64,000 bases of DNA. Source: the human T2T-CHM13v2.0 reference genome, Homo sapiens. The position numbers and the translations under genes are program-made. The first letter of the stretch is position 1. Every line of letters begins with the position of its first letter. Shown piece after piece: positions 30,571 through 47,524 of this stretch. The stretch lies in the NCBI RefSeq assembly GCF_009914755.1, contig NC_060938.1; one strand, 5' to 3'. Under the pieces are notes generated by a model that did not search any database, was not told the origin of the DNA, and saw nothing but the letters and a program-made list of their open reading frames with translations.

Positions 30571-31212
30571 CAGTCCTCCAGGCAGACAAGAACAGGCTTC
30601 ACTGCACGATGGAGCACAGCTCAATGAAGAGAATGCTGGCAGGATTCATCCCTTCAGCTGGTGCCCTTGTGCAGTGAGCAGACTGTGTACCTGGACACGG
30701 CTGCCATGGCAACAGAGAGTGGATGGATAGCCACCTCTGTAGACTCACAGACGTGGGTTCGAACTCCTGGTCTGTCACTTACTACCTATTTAACCTTGAA
30801 TGATTTACTTAACTCCTTAGAGCCCAATTTCCTCACCTGAGGAAGGTGCTTTACAGAGAGGATAAAAGACCCTAAGACCGCTAATGGTTCAGAAGCCATA
30901 CTCAGTCACTTGTGAGTATTAGAAACAATGTATGTAAAATGGTGGCCTCCATGCACAGCACCTGGCAGGCTCAACAAATGTGGCTGTGTTAAAAGAGGGA
31001 TTCTCTTCATCTCCCCTGGAGAAGGGCAGGCCAGTTTGGCCATAGACCAACAGAAAGCAATTGTGGGTATGATTGGGGTATGGTGCCAGATCCCCTCACC
31101 CAAGAAACCTTTCCTCTCAGATCTGGTACAGGACACAATTCCAGGTTGGAGTCACATTTTTGTGGTAAACTGATTTGTGTCCTGCGACCATGTGTTAGAA
31201 TTGTGCTCCCCA

Positions 31213-31546
<334 letters not shown>

Positions 31547-32626
31547 AGAATTGTGCTCCCCAAAAGGAGACACCACGCCAAGGCGAACTCCATATTAACA
31601 CTTTATCCTGATGTTGGAGATATGATGGGAAGAGAGAGGGTTGTAGTAGAAGCAGGATGTAGTGAAGGGTTTGTTTTCACAGAGTGGACATTAGGCTCGG
31701 AGGTCGGGTGTCTTGTGCAGCCTAGAACCCAGAGAACAGGCCCAGGATGTAAACTCTGCAACTGAGTAACCTCCAGGAAAAATCCCCAAAGAAGTACATG
31801 GGGGACAGCGGACAGCCTGCAGAGCCCAGAGCTCTTGGCGAGTTTGACCTGGTCAGCCCCAGAGGGCTGGGACCCAGGGAAAGAGTCGAGTATGCCCTGC
31901 CAGGCGACATGAGGCGGAGGGTTAAGACCCCCTCATGGCCTGGCAAAGGGTGTCCGAGAATGAGCGGGGCCTTCTCAAGCCTTCTCAGAGAGAGGCAGTC
32001 CTGGCTGTCTCTGCAGCAGCAGGGGTCGGGGAGGGAGGCAAGCTCAGAGGTGTCCTACACGGCATGCAGGGAAGCAGCAGTCAGACTGGATCAAGGCAGA
32101 AAGGAGACAGAGCCCCGGGGGACCCTTTGCTGGGAACAGCCTCGGGGAGAGCAGGCAGGCTGGCCCTGGGACCCTGGGGGGGATCATGGAAGAGCAAGGT
32201 CCAGGCTTCCTTGCCGGCTCTGCCGCTTCTCGGCTTGTGGCTGTGTTCAGATGACTTAGGTGCTCAGCCTCAGTTTCCTCTTGTGTTCAATAGGCACAGC
32301 CACAACCACCTTGCAGGCCTGTCTTGAAGCTTCGAGGAGTCTGAAGTTTGCATGTGGCCCAGCAGTTGGCACTTAGTCACAATAGCTGTTGATTGGTTTC
32401 AGTGCTGAATTTCTAATTAGGGAAATCGTTTCCCCTGGGTTTGCTAGGCTTGGTGGCAAAGTCAGAGCCAAGGGTTTTACAGACGCTGAGACATGATGAG
32501 GGAGACAGCTTTGCACTGGAAGGGGCAATTCCATTCTCAATGAGTCCCAGTTTATCCAGAAACCCCTAGCTTCCTGGAATTCTTTTTAAAACCCCATGAC
32601 TGAGCAGCAACATTCAAACAGCATGA

Positions 32627-32900
32627 TTTTTTTTTTTTTAACACGGGGTCTCTTTCTGTCACTCAGGCTTAAGTACAGTGGCACCACCCCCCAGGCTCAG
32701 GCAATTCTCCCACCTCAGCCTCCTGAGTAGCTGGGACTACAGGTATGTGCCACCACACCCAGCTAATTTTTGTATTTTTTGTAAAGACGGGGTTTCACCA
32801 TGTTGCCCAGGCTGGTCTCGAACTCCTGAGCTCAAGCAATTTGCCCGCCTTGGCCTCCCAAAGTGCTGAGATTACAGGTGTGAGCCACCACACCCAGCCT
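32627..32900 (-). mobile_element. Alu
   Basis: Antisense consensus with a small internal deletion. Confidence 0.9.
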
Positions 32901-34104
32901 GACTTTTGTAAATTGACAGATAAAATTGTATGTATTTATTGTGTACAACATGATGCTTTCAAGTATATCTACATTGTGGAATGACTAAAGCTAGCGTCAT
33001 CTCACATAGTTATCGTCCTTGTGGTGAAAGTCAAACACCGTGATTTTTGCTAACAATGAATTCGCTTCCTAAAAACTTACCAGAGAGCAGGGATTCGAGG
33101 AAGGAATGGCTCATTTTGAGTAGGGAGGAGGAGCAAGAAAGGCAGCTGCTGGAAAGGGCATGGCTGGTGCCGCATGTGGTTGAATGGAACAGAACCAGGT
33201 GCTTGCTGCTTTCTATCCTCAGCAGGCAAGAGGGAGGGAGGCCGGAATCTCTGTAGATCCAGAAGCCAGACCCAGTCGGGGAGACTCTGAGACGTGAAGG
33301 TCAGGCCAGGGTCTCCCCCAGAAACCAGTGGGTTTCTTATCAAGGAACAGAAAGAATGTTTCCCTCCCACCACTGGTTGAGCACTGGACTGGGAGCACCG
33401 TGACTCCCAATTTCATCTCTGAACCGGGCAGGCCAGGGCTGCTCCAGTCAGAGCCTCAGCATCTTCACCTGGGCGGAATTAGGTTCTGCTCAAATCGGTT
33501 TGGGATTTGTCAACCCCAAATCCAAAGAGCAGAGGATTTGGGGTTCATCCACGGTCCTGGTTTTGAATCCCAGCTTCGGTGCTATAGCCTTGGACATTAA
33601 TCTCCCTGGACCTTTGTTTGTGTACAAAATGAGGGTGATACACTTGTCATGTTGCGATGCAGGGGCTGGGACAGCACATGGGACAGCCTAAGTGCTCAAG
33701 GAGTTACTTCCTGAGCCTCGGTTTTCCCACTCTTTAAATGGGGCTAGGAACGCCTCTCTCTGGGCTATTGTGAGGGTCAAAGTTTATGAATGAGCGTCTA
33801 GATGTTAGGATACAGGAACAGCTGCCTCCCAGCCACGTTCCCAACAATACAGAAGCTGAACTCAGTGGTTTTCAAGATGGATTCCCCAAGGCACCCCAGG
33901 GGCCACCAAAGGGTCAAAAGACAAGCTGGTCCCCAAGCCAGCTCCACCCCAGACAACGCTGCTTGTACCTGTTTTACACATGGGGTTCTGCATGGGATTT
34001 TGTTTCAAATAAAGAGTTCTATTTTTTTAACATTTCATTTGGAAATAATTTCAAACTTCAAAAACTCTAAGAATGGAAACAGGACACCTGCAGACCCTTT
34101 GTGA

Positions 34105-34459
<355 letters not shown>

Positions 34460-34789
34460 ATTCATCATTTTCTTTCTCTCTCTGCATACATAATGTTTTG
34501 TCTGAATAGCGTAAGGGTAACTTACATACACCTGTGTCCTTTACCCCAAACGCTTTCCTAGGTATTTTGTGGCATGTATGTATGTAACATTACATAACTC
34601 TTACATAGCCACGGTGGAGTTGTCCGTTGCATAAATTTATGTTAATACAGCATTTTTGTCTAAACTTTCAGGTTGTCACTTGACCTAATAAGGTCCTTTT
34701 TAGAATTTCCCCCTCATGTTCAGGATCTGATGAAGGGTTAGATATTCCGTGTGCTTGTCATATGTTTTTAACCTCCTTTAATTTGGAAT

Positions 34790-35141
34790 ATCTCATATCT
34801 GTGGCTGAATGATGGAAATAGAATCTGAGGAGTGCGTCATTAGACAATTTCATTGTTGTGCAAACATTTTAGAGTGTACTCACACAAACCTAGATGGCAC
34901 AGCCTACTATACACCTGAGCTGTATGGTATGGTCCATTGCCCCCAGGCTACCACCCTGTACAGCATGTGACTATACTGAAAACTGTAGGCAATTGTAGCT
35001 CAGTGGCAACTATTTGTGTATCTGAACATATCTAAATGTAGAAAAGGTGCAGTAAAAGTCTGGCATTATGATCTCATGGAACCACCGTCATATACGTGGT
35101 CCATCATTGACCAAAAGTTCATTATGCGTTGCGTGACTGTA
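34790..35141. mobile_element. Tigger3-like DNA transposon
   Basis: agagtgtactcacacaaacctagatggcacagcctactatacacc...gcgtgactgta end with TA. Confidence 0.8.
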
Positions 35142-35159
35142 TTTCCACAGCCTTTGTCT

Positions 35160-35466
35160 CTTTTTTTTTTTTTTTTTTTTTTTGAGACAGAGTCTCGCTC
35201 TATCGCCCAGGCTGGAGTGCAGTGGCGCAATCTCGGTTCACTGCAAGCTCCTCCTCCCGGGGTCACGTTATTCTCTTGCCTCAGCCTCCTGATTAGCTGG
35301 GACTACAGGTGCCCACCACCATGCCCGGCTAATTTTTTTTCGTATTTTTAGTAGAGATGGGGTTTCACCATGTTAGCCAGGATGGTCTTGATCTCCTGAC
35401 CTCATGATCCACCCACCTCGGCCTCTCAAAGTGCTGGGATTACAAGCGTGAGCCACCGCGCCTGGA
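35160..35466 (-). mobile_element. Alu (Y-like)
   Basis: ctgcaagctcc and gttagccaggatggtct diagnostics. Confidence 0.9.
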
Positions 35467-37015
35467 CTCTTTGTCTTTAATGATATTGATGTTTCTGAAG
35501 GATACTGTTTTTTTTCCCCCAGCCCCACCTTTTCTTAATGAAAGTTCCTCATTTTGTGTTTGTCAGATGTTTCCTGATGATTAGATTGAGGTTATGCAGT
35601 CTTAGCCAGATCCCAACTGACTTCAATTCTGACTTTGACGTTCAGCAATTTTAGAACGAGGTCCCAGCATTCAATCATACCTTCCCCTGGCAGGTGATCC
35701 GGGCAGCTGTGTAGTCTATGGCCTTGCTACCCGAGGTGTGCTATGCAGCCCAGCAGCTCTTTGTTGAGCCCTGGGAGCTGTGAGTGACCCCACAGAGAGG
35801 CAGACTCCAGCCCGAGTCCCGCCTACCTCCACCACTGACCTACTTCCTCCACCACTGACTGCTTTAAACAGAAAACAGCCCTCCCTGTCCACCACTCCTG
35901 ACTTCCATCCTGCCTAGCCCTGCCTCTAGTCTTCCCAGCCCCCTCACCTCCAGGGAAGATGCCTCACCCACCTGCCTCATTGCTATGATGCAGGCAACAG
36001 TAGCTTGATGTGGTACCTTCATGGCCCGCTTGAAAGGGGAATAAAATAGGGCGGGCCGCTAGCAAGACCTGTTGGAACAGCGAGGAAAGGGGTAAACATG
36101 GAGACACAAGATCTGGGTTAACTGGCCATGCTATCTTCTCCAGAAAGATAGGGCCAGGATTAAACCTAGTATCAGCTCACTCTAAAGCCTGTGCTTCTAT
36201 CACGGTGCCAGTGGCCGGCCTGGGAATGGACCCCAAGCTTCAGAATCCTGGTCGAGTGTGTCTTCTCCTGTCACAAGTTTAGGGCCCTGGGTTCGGCAAA
36301 TTGGGGAGTTCACGGAAGCAAATGGCTTTGGATAAACTGGCCCTCCATCCTGGAATCAGGAGCAGACCGGATTCTTCAGGGACTTCATGAGGCTTGGTGA
36401 GAGCAGCCAGAACTTCTAGATTCATCTCTTCTATTACTTTGACAAAGAAGTCATTCCCACCTCCTTGATGTCTAAGACTAGTCATTCGGAGCTGGTCCTC
36501 TGCTGGGGAGAAACAGACTCAAGCCCAAGAAACCTCTTCAAGATGGGAGGGGGAGAAAGATGGTAGGGGTGCAGTTTGGGAACCTTCTAATGTGAATGCC
36601 GAGCAGGAGGCATCCCAGAGGGTACTGATGGCCAGAGGCTGCCTTTTCAGCTCCTTGAGTAGTCTATGTAAACACCCTGATACCACCCACGTGAGCTTCT
36701 GGAAACAGGGCCTGGCTCCTAACCCCAGGGGGATGGAGCACACTAATGACCAGGTGGTGGGACGTGGGGGCCAACCGGGTGGTGATAGATTCCCAGGTCC
36801 CCTGCCATCCACTTCCCTGGCAGAGACCACAGAGTCAAGAGTCCACAGCTGGTTCAGGCAGGGGCAGCCGCAGAGGAATTGGATGGGAGGGGGGCTCTTG
36901 ATGGGGACCCCAGGGGTATGGAATAATGGGCCTTGTGACATTGACGGGGTAGAGAGGACAGGGAGGGAGGTCAGGCTGTTGATTTTTTTAAATCTGTGTT
37001 TAAAAAAATTAAACT

Positions 37016-37335
<320 letters not shown>

Positions 37336-38744
37336 TCAAAGTCGCTCATGTTTATTGTTGCAAATTGATCAATAGTCTGTTGGTGAATTTCTTTCTAGTC
37401 TTTTTGAAATAACTACAGATAGGTAAATAGATAATTGGTTAAGGAAACATTTGCTGCTATAAACATTTGCTGCTATTTGATGCTGGATAAGCCCTCTCAT
37501 CTCTAACTCAATAGAAGTGTACTTCTCACTCATGTAAGTCCAATTGCATAGAGGAGGTTTGGAGGTGGAGGGCCATGCTCCATATGGTCATTCAGGGATC
37601 CATGCATAGGAAGACTTCCTAGGTCTCCCTAGGGATTGACATCCAGGTGACAGGAATGGGGGGGCATCTGAAAGAGAGCTAAAGAGAGCTTTCCTTCTCC
37701 AAAAGGTTGTAACTCACAACCTCGCTTTTTTACCCCACAACACAAATGGAGTGCAGGCCCCCTAAGATGTCATGTTCTGAGGCTTATAGGACAAAATCCC
37801 CTCCTGTCTTTCATAATAATTGTGTCTAGCATTTACTAGTCCATGCTAATCACCTTCCATCTGTCTTGTCATGTCATCCTCACAACCACTCCAGGGGATG
37901 TGGACACTGTGATTATCCCCATTTTACAGCTGAGGAAACTAAGGCTCAGTGAAGTTAAGTAGCACGCTTAGGGTCACACCTGATGAGCAGGTGAGTGGTT
38001 GACCTGAGACTTGAACCCGGGTCCTTTGCTGAAACCCAGGGCCCTCTGGCCTCTCCAGCCTGCCTCCCCAGGGCATCCTGAGGTCAGAGATGACCTCAGA
38101 AAAGACAGACACAAGTCATGGCTGAGTTTTGCAGTGCCTCCAACCTCATGCCTTTTCAAGCCAGAGTGGGACTTCATGGCTTCAGACCTCAGAGCCCACA
38201 GCCTGTGTAGCTGACTGGCTTGTGGGCTGAGCTCTCTGAAGAGAAACCCAGGGAGCTGGAGTGTTTTCCTCAGGGACACAGTGTAGCTCAGAGCAGAACT
38301 GAGACTTAACCAGCATCTGTGCAAAGTGCAAGCAACCAAACAGGGTAGCTTCAAGGAGCTCAGTGGGAGAGAGGGGGCTGGGTTCTAATCTCATGACAGC
38401 CACAGACTTGACAAGTGACCTCCAGCCAAGCATTTCTCTGCCGAGGCTTCAGTTCTTTCATCTGTGCAGCGGACAGTTCAGACTAGATCAGTAGTTTTCA
38501 AACTATTTCCAGGAAACTCTCTAGGGGCCACAGACATAGCTGGGGGCCGCCATGGGAACAGTGGAGGGACATAGTTGAAAGGAGATGAGCAGGCCAGCTC
38601 TGCTGCCCCACCCTGAGTCAACCAGAGAAGCTGAACTGTGCATAAGGTACCCATTACTAAAGGTTTCCATTGCAAACACAGATTTGAAGTCTACTGTTCT
38701 AAATGGCCTCTACTTCCTGCTGTCATACGTTTTTATCAAATAAA

Positions 38745-39190
38745 TTCATTCATTCAACCGTTCAACAAACTTTTTTTGACAATGCAGATGTTAAGAACAA
38801 AACCCAGAAGACCCAGCCCATGTTTTTAGGATGTTCACAATTCAAGCTAAAAACAAGCATTAAATAAGCAAGCATCTTGCAGTGTGATAACTGATATTCA
38901 TTCATGCTTTTAGCAAATATTTTTATTAAACACCTACTATAGACCAGGTACCGCTGAGATGTCAGATATAAACAGTGAAGAAGATAAGGTACCTGCCCGA
39001 GTAAAACTTTCATTCAAGGAGGGGAGATAGGCAATAACAAGTAAACAGAAATGCAAAATATATCCTCCAAGGTGAAACGTGCAACTGGGGTCGATAAAGC
39101 AGGGTAGGGGGTCTGAGGAGTGTTGGAGGAGTTTGCTGTCCTGGGACTGGGTGGTCAGGGAAGGCCTCTCTGAGTTAACGTGTGATATTG
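38745..39190 (-). mobile_element. L2 3'-end fragments
   Basis: attcattcattcaa / ttattaaacacctactat, the reverse complement of the L2 tail. Confidence 0.65.
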
Positions 39191-39477
39191 ACTTTCCCAT
39201 TCTGCAATGCCAGGACTGGGGAGAGCCATTACAAGGGCATTGGCCTTAGCTGAGGAGGTCTTCAAGGAAGACTTCTGGGAGGAAAAAAGTGGCTCTAAAT
39301 GGGAATCATGGTGGAAAGCGAGGGCCAGGGCAGGGCACAGTCATGAGCCTCCTGCTGCCCCAGTGTTGCAGCATCAGCCACTGGCTTTCAGTAAGAGCCC
39401 AGTCAACAAATGGGTGCCCTGGGTGGGGGTGAGGTGGGGGGTAGTTTTGATAAGATGCTCAGTCCTTTCCTCTCCAT

Positions 39478-39904
<427 letters not shown>

Positions 39905-40544
39905 TAGGGCCTTTCTAATCTTCACTGTCTGGGTGACCCAGCTGAGCACCTCTTCAGCTCATTTTGATCTTAAAGAGAGCTTTCCTTCTCCAAAATCTCC
40001 CAGTGGATGAAATATGCATAAAACCCCAGCCAGCTTTTTGAAATGTGATCAGCTACCTACAGATGGCAAACAGATGTGACTTGGCAAAAAAGAAAGCAGA
40101 AATCACCAGGAAGTGGAGGCTGCCGCCAGCAGGGCATTTGAATGCACAGCCAAATGGGCGTGATCTCTGGTCCACCCAAGACAGATGTTCAGCTCACAGG
40201 AGAAGTATTTTGCAGCTAACATCCCAGTGGCACTTCCTGAGGCTCCGATGTGCTCAGGGCTTAGCCCTGAGCCTGGGGTTCCAGGCTGCTCAGGAAGGAG
40301 AGGGCAGCCCTAACTGCCAAAATGTTGGGCTGGGACCCAGTGCGTTTAAACAATGCTTGAAGCTTGTGTTGGTCCATGAGGAGCTATCATGCCTGTGTGG
40401 ATACTTTCTCACCAACGTCAACAGCCAGAGACCCAGATTCTAGTCCCAGCTCTGCTATTGACCAGCTGCAGGGCTTTGAGCAAATTTCTCCCATCTCTGA
40501 GCCTCAATTTCCTCACAGTGTGGTTGGGCGTGATAAACTAAAGC

Positions 40545-40749
40545 CAATGGTGTGCTGGAGTCAGCTCGCACCAGCTCGTGGGAGCTGGCTGTGGGCATCT
40601 ATCTCTTCCCAGCTCTGTGTTCTTGTTGGTAGCTTGACGTTGGAAATTGTGGAAATATTTAGATCATGGAAATTGGCAAATGCTACAAATCAAGGTTGAT
40701 TTTTTTCCTTCAGAGAGCCAGTTGTTAAGCATTTCCCAGCACATCACTT
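40545..40749. mobile_element. MER63-like hAT-Blackjack element
   Basis: TIRs CAATGGTGTGCTGG...CCAGCACATCACTT; approximate TSD ctaaagc/ctaaggc. Confidence 0.7.
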
Positions 40750-41907
40750 TCTAAGGCCCACAGGACATCCCAGTGTCTATGACCATGACCCTACCCCTGG
40801 CAGGACAGAGTGGCACCCAGTAAGAACACACATGGGACATAGTTCAGTCCATTGTCAGCAGCCTACGTCCCAAGCCTGTGCTGGGGGCTGGAAAGGCAGT
40901 GATGCGAGAGAGGCTCAGAGAGGGTTAGTGACTCACTCTGGCTCACACAGCCTCCATCCATGCCCTCAGCACACTCACGATGTGAAGAAGGGGGCAGGCT
41001 CTGAATCAGTCAAGGCATATGGGAGCCAGAGCAGGAACTGTCCAGCTGTGCTGGAGGATGTGGGAGAGCACAAGAAGTTGATAACGGGAAGGTAGGGAGG
41101 GGGTCCCAGGAGGGGGGGAACTGCGTGTGCAAAGGCCTGGAGAGGGGAGAGTGCACTCAGAGTTCAGGGAATGGGCCGTGGTGCAGCCCAGTGGGATGTT
41201 ATGTGGGAGGGTGATGGAGGCAGAATGTCATCTCAAGTTGGAAGATGGAAAGTAGAGTAAGCACCAGTAACCCTGGGGCAGCCCAGGAGGGCTTCTTGGA
41301 GTTGGAGGAGGCAGATCTTGAAGGATGAGTGAAATTAGTAGGAACGTGGGATTGTCGGTCAAGATTCCTCAAGGAAAACATGGGGAGAAGAGCAGGTGAA
41401 GGACCTTCCATAGCCAGGGGATACAAAGCCACAGTCCTGGGCCCCCTCCCTTCCTGCCCCCTCATACCCACATGGCCGGCCCCGAAGTCCTCAGACCTAG
41501 GGCCCCATCTGGGCCATCCTTTGGCCAAAAGTCATTACTCCCTCAAGCAGGGTTTCTCACCCGTGGCCCTGTGGACATTTGGGGTGTCCTCTGCATCCCA
41601 GGATGTCATCAGCACCAGTGTTGCTGGCCCATTTTGCAGATGTAGAAACTGAGTGTGGCCAGAAAGGCAGGTCACAAGGGGCCGCATTGTCTAAAAAATT
41701 AAACAAGGACGGGCCATAAGCAGAATCCACATTCACTGGACAAAAGTGACTGGAGGCATCCATGGTGCCAGTGTTATACTGCAGGAGCCAGGACTTAGAG
41801 ACAAGGCCGCCCAGGCTATGAGGGAAGATGGGAAATGGAGTCTTTATTTGGGGTGGCCCTATCCTGGCTAAAAGTCAGGAGTGCTGTTACTTTGAAAATA
41901 GAGACTG

Positions 41908-42264
<357 letters not shown>

Positions 42265-42427
42265 TTACTCACACCAGGCTAGAACAGACTGCGCAGGCAA
42301 GGAACACAAGACCTCCTGGTCGGCTGAATGTGACCCTGAAATCACAAGCCCTGGCAGGGAGGGGAGACACTTGCCTTAGGGGCAAAATGTAGGGGGATGC
42401 CCAAGAAACTCAACCACAAAGGTAAAT

Positions 42428-42445
42428 TATATATATATGTGTGTG

Positions 42446-42478
<33 letters not shown>
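42428..42478. repeat. (TA)n(TG)n microsatellite
   Basis: Direct reading. Confidence 0.9.
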
Positions 42479-42479
<1 letters not shown>

Positions 42480-42788
42480 CACATAATTTTTAAAATGATT
42501 CAGTGGTTTTCAGTATATTTGCAAGGTCATACAACTAAAACTACTCCAATTCCAAATCATTTTTATCACCCCAAAAAGAAACTCGGTACCCATTAGCAAT
42601 CACTCCCCATTCTCTTTTCTGCCCAGCTCCAGGCAACCACTCATCTGCTTTCTGTTTGTGGGTTTGCTTATTCTGGACGTTGCATATAGATGGAATCCTA
42701 TGTCCTATCATACGTACAATATGTGGTCTTCCATGGCTGGCTTCTTTCACTTAGCATAATATCATCACGGTCTATCAATATCACAGCA

Positions 42789-42969
42789 GCCAGGCGTGGT
42801 GGCTCACGTCTTTAATCCAGCGCTTTGGGAGGCTGAGGCAGGTGGATCATTGAGCCTAGGACTTCGAGACCAGCCTGGGCAACACGGCAAAACCCTGTCT
42901 CTACCAAAAATACAAAAAGGAAAAAAAAAATAGCCAGTCTCATAACCCGGTCTCAAAAAAATGAACAAA
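42789..42969 (+). mobile_element. Alu left monomer with atypical 3' end and its own TSD
   Basis: 16-bp TSD tatcaatatcacagca (42773-42788, 42970-42985). Confidence 0.85.
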
Positions 42970-43296
42970 TATCAATATCACAGCATGTATGAGTAGCTTG
43001 TTCCTTTTTATTCCCAAAGACTTTTCCATGGTGTGCATGCACCACATTTTGCCTGTGTATCCACAAGTGATGGACAAGTGGAGCCATCTCCACTTCTTAG
43101 CTATTATGACCAATACTGCCATGAACATTTGTGTGCAGGTCTCTGTGTGGAAATATATTGTTGTTTCTCTCAGGTGTATATATAACTAAGAGTGGAACTT
43201 TGGGCTCATGTGACAAGATAAGTACTATTTTAATGCAGTATTTTTTAAAAAATAAAAATTAATGCAAAGAAAAGCCATGATGAACAAAATATCCAC

Positions 43297-43592
<296 letters not shown>

Positions 43593-44184
43593 GCCACATC
43601 TTCAGTGAAGTCAGGCTGTTGTCTGTTTTATGATCCTGCACTACTGTGCAACAGGAGCAGTCATTTCCAATCAGCCTGCAGTTTCCAGGCCCACATACGT
43701 TTGTGACGGCTGACAGTAGAAAGCAAACAGATTGGCAACCAGATTTTAGATACAGTCGTTGTTTCTTGAGTGTAGTGCGTTTGTTAACTTTTTCCACCTG
43801 GTTCAAAATATGAGAGGCTATTTTGATAAACACATATGGGGCACGCAGTTTTCCTTTTGCCTCAGGCTTTGCTATGGCTCTGACCACCTGTGCCGTTTCA
43901 ATTAATCCTCAAACATCCTCGGGCACCTCGTTCTCCAACCTCCCTGCCGAGGTGAGAGGAGGGAAGGAGCTTGCTACGGTCCACAGCTGGTGAGTAGTAG
44001 AGCTGGGATTTGAACCCAGGTCTGGGGTTGGAGACTCAGCCTTCACACCGCGCCTCTCAGCAGTGTAGCGTGCAGTTGCCCAGGAGGGTCACTTTAGCTC
44101 TCTGAAGTCTTTTATTCAGGCAGGAAGCAGCCTCATTGTTACAAGGACAGATGTGAATGTGCAGAGCTCACTATGAAATTTGAC

Positions 44185-44766
<582 letters not shown>

Positions 44767-46261
44767 TCATGAGTCAAACATCCATGTGTGTGATAGGAAC
44801 TTGCCAGGCATGTCTCTCTATGTCCCCAAATGAAGCCACATGTGAAAATTTTCTTTTAGAGCTAAGAGTTAGAAAAATAATTTGATTCCCCCAAGAAATA
44901 GGTATATTTTTTCTTCATGGACAGTGAGAATGTAACTGTTTTCCTTTTTGCTTTGGCCAGCAGGAAACTCAAAGCCAAATTTGCTGCTGTAAAAGAGTAG
45001 TTGTGTAGGTTCCTGCTTATTTGCATTTTTATGTTTCCTATAGTATCATCCCTCTAGTAATTTATATTGGTACTGATGGTTTTAAAATTTTTATTTAGAT
45101 GTTACTGTTTTATCAGGTGTATTTCCTGATGGTCCCTAAATCCTTTGTAAACATGTCAAGTAGAAACACACTTTTTGCAAGAGCTATACATTGCTTGGCA
45201 TGTGCTTGGATGGATTATTAATCTCACCCAAAACACAAAGGTAGCAGCACTGGCATGGGTTATTCTGCGGTCCACATCCAGACCTGGTAACCCCCGGCTG
45301 AGTCTGGAGACCTTTGCCTGAGCCTTGGACTCCCTTTGGTTAGAGGAAGTGAGAAGGTGGGCTGGGGACCAGGCGTGGCCATTCCCACCATGCACAGCTG
45401 CTCACCGAAGCTTCATTTCTCCAGTGCACTTGCAGAGTCTGGCTAGAAGACCAGCCAAGGGCCTGCAGGAAGATTCTATTCTGGTCAGAATTCTCCACCC
45501 ACAGTTCCAGCCTTGGGCTTTGCGTTGCCAAATGGGCAATCTTCAGGGCCAGCCAAGAGCCACACTGGGGAGGTATCTTTCGGACCCACCTTCCACCCTC
45601 CTTCCTGCCACTGTTCCTTTATAGAGCGCCCTCCATCTGCCACGCAAAGTGTCTGTTGCTGTCAGGATGCTCTGAGCCCTGTGAACATCTCCCTCAAAGG
45701 CAGTAGTGATGAGATGATACTTCGAGGGGTCTTTACGTTTTAAAAGAAGGCCTTAGGAAAGGGCACTGTTTACGCCAAAAAAAGGAAGAAGGCTGAATGG
45801 TGACATTTCAGGTCTCGTAGTGTCTGGGTGAGGAAGAGGTTTCTGTTTCGCAGGTGGGAGGGAGATGTATGATTCGTGGGGATAGGGAACCTTGCCAGGA
45901 GCCATGAATGCTTCTGGGTGGGTCCACGAATAAATATGATGTGAATTTGTCTGTCAAGCAAGCAGCAGGGGGCGGTCATGGAGAGGGAGGACTAGGAAAG
46001 GGGAAGGGGTCAGGGTCTTGCTCCACCCAGCCGAGGGCACTTTCTCAGTTCCTTCTTCCTAAACTTGGACTGTTTCTCGGGCCTCCTGAGGAGGCTGCTC
46101 CCTGGGTCCTCTCTGTCCTGAGAGTCATGAGAGAGCAGGAACATTCCTCTTCCAGGGATCGCCATCCACACTCAGCAAACCACTGTCCCCTACCCTGGGC
46201 AGAGAGCATCTCACAAGGAGAGCCTGGAACTCATCTCCCTCTGCCTCCTTCTTCTTCCCAG

Positions 46262-46393
46262 GGAAGCCCTATGGGGCGGATGACTTCCTGCCTGTGCTCA
46301 TGTATGTGCTGGCCCGCAGCAACCTCACGGAGATGCTTCTCAATGTGGAGTACATGATGGAGCTCATGGACCCCGCCCTGCAGCTGGGGGAGG
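46262..46393 (+). CDS. RIN3: RIN3 coding exon 8 (132 nt), VPS9 catalytic segment (YGADDFLPVL)
   Basis: Long pyrimidine tract plus cccag|GG; donor GAGG|gtgagt; GADD-x-LP is the conserved VPS9 aspartate-finger motif. Confidence 0.97.
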
Positions 46394-47524
46394 GTGAGTC
46401 ACCACCCCCTGCCCATCAGGTGCATTGCACACCCCCAACTCAGCCACGCCACGGGCACTCTAGGTGGCCCAACAAGCACCTCCTGGATGCCAGACTCTGG
46501 CTGAGCTCTGGACCCATGGATGCAAATGTGAATCCTACACAGGTCCTGTCCTGCAGGAGCTCACAGATTAGGGGGAGAGATGAGCCAGTCAAGAGACTGT
46601 GCCACCTCCACGTAACAAGTGCTGGAATAGTTGGAATCCCAGAAGGCATAGGAGCATGCTACCCAGACTGTGCAGTCAGGGAAGGCTTCCTGGAGGAGGT
46701 GACATCTGAGCTGAGCAATGAAGGATAAATAGGAGCCAGCTGATTAAAAAAAAAAGGGAAAAGGCAGTCTTTGTAGCGGGAACAGCAGGAGGTAGTAGTA
46801 TAAAAGAAGGGGCTGAAGTGGCAGGCAGTGCTCACAGTAAGAGTCTGAGAGACAGTGACAATCAGTTCTTAGACAGGGGTGACCCCCAGGGACTCTCGGC
46901 CCCTTGCTCATAAGCCCTGGGTCAGGACCTCCATCAGTGGGAAGTTAATGATATGAGTAAGAAGCCCTGTGCTCCCCAATAGGATGAAGGCAGAGGTGTG
47001 GTTTGGTCCACCCCATGCTCAGTTTCCCTTCCCCTTTCCTCCTTCCCACCACATCCTCCCACCCACTTAGCCTCAGCCACCCATCCACCAAGAATTTCCT
47101 GAGGGGCAGCCAGTCCAGATATCAGCTCTGAGGGAGCCCTGACTTCCCCTCTGAGACATCAGCTTCAAAGGAGGGAACCATCCTCCCAGGCCCTGAGGGT
47201 TCCCCTTGGGCTTTGTGGTTCTTGAGATGAGCAGACCCTCTTTGTATCTGTTCGCATTTTTTTTGCATGTTCCAGTCTCTGGGGTGATAGTTTGATGAGA
47301 TAGTTCCATGAGTTGTTGACAGCTCAGGGGAGCGTGTTAAAGCCATGACGTTTGCTGTCATATATAACTTTGGCTAGTGGCACTGGGACCTCTGTATCTA
47401 CCTTTTTTTTTTCTCTGTAGTTAAAAATGTCCTGTAATGGGAACAAGTTGTCTTCTAGGAAGTCCAGGAATTCAAGAGAAGCCAAGGTTTCTTCAGCAAT
47501 GGTTATCTGCTGCCCAGTGTAGCC

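Noticed and set aside
35677-35700. ATACCTTCCCCTGGCAGG, weakly like the U1 snRNA 5' end
   Set aside because: Similarity does not continue downstream; consistent with chance
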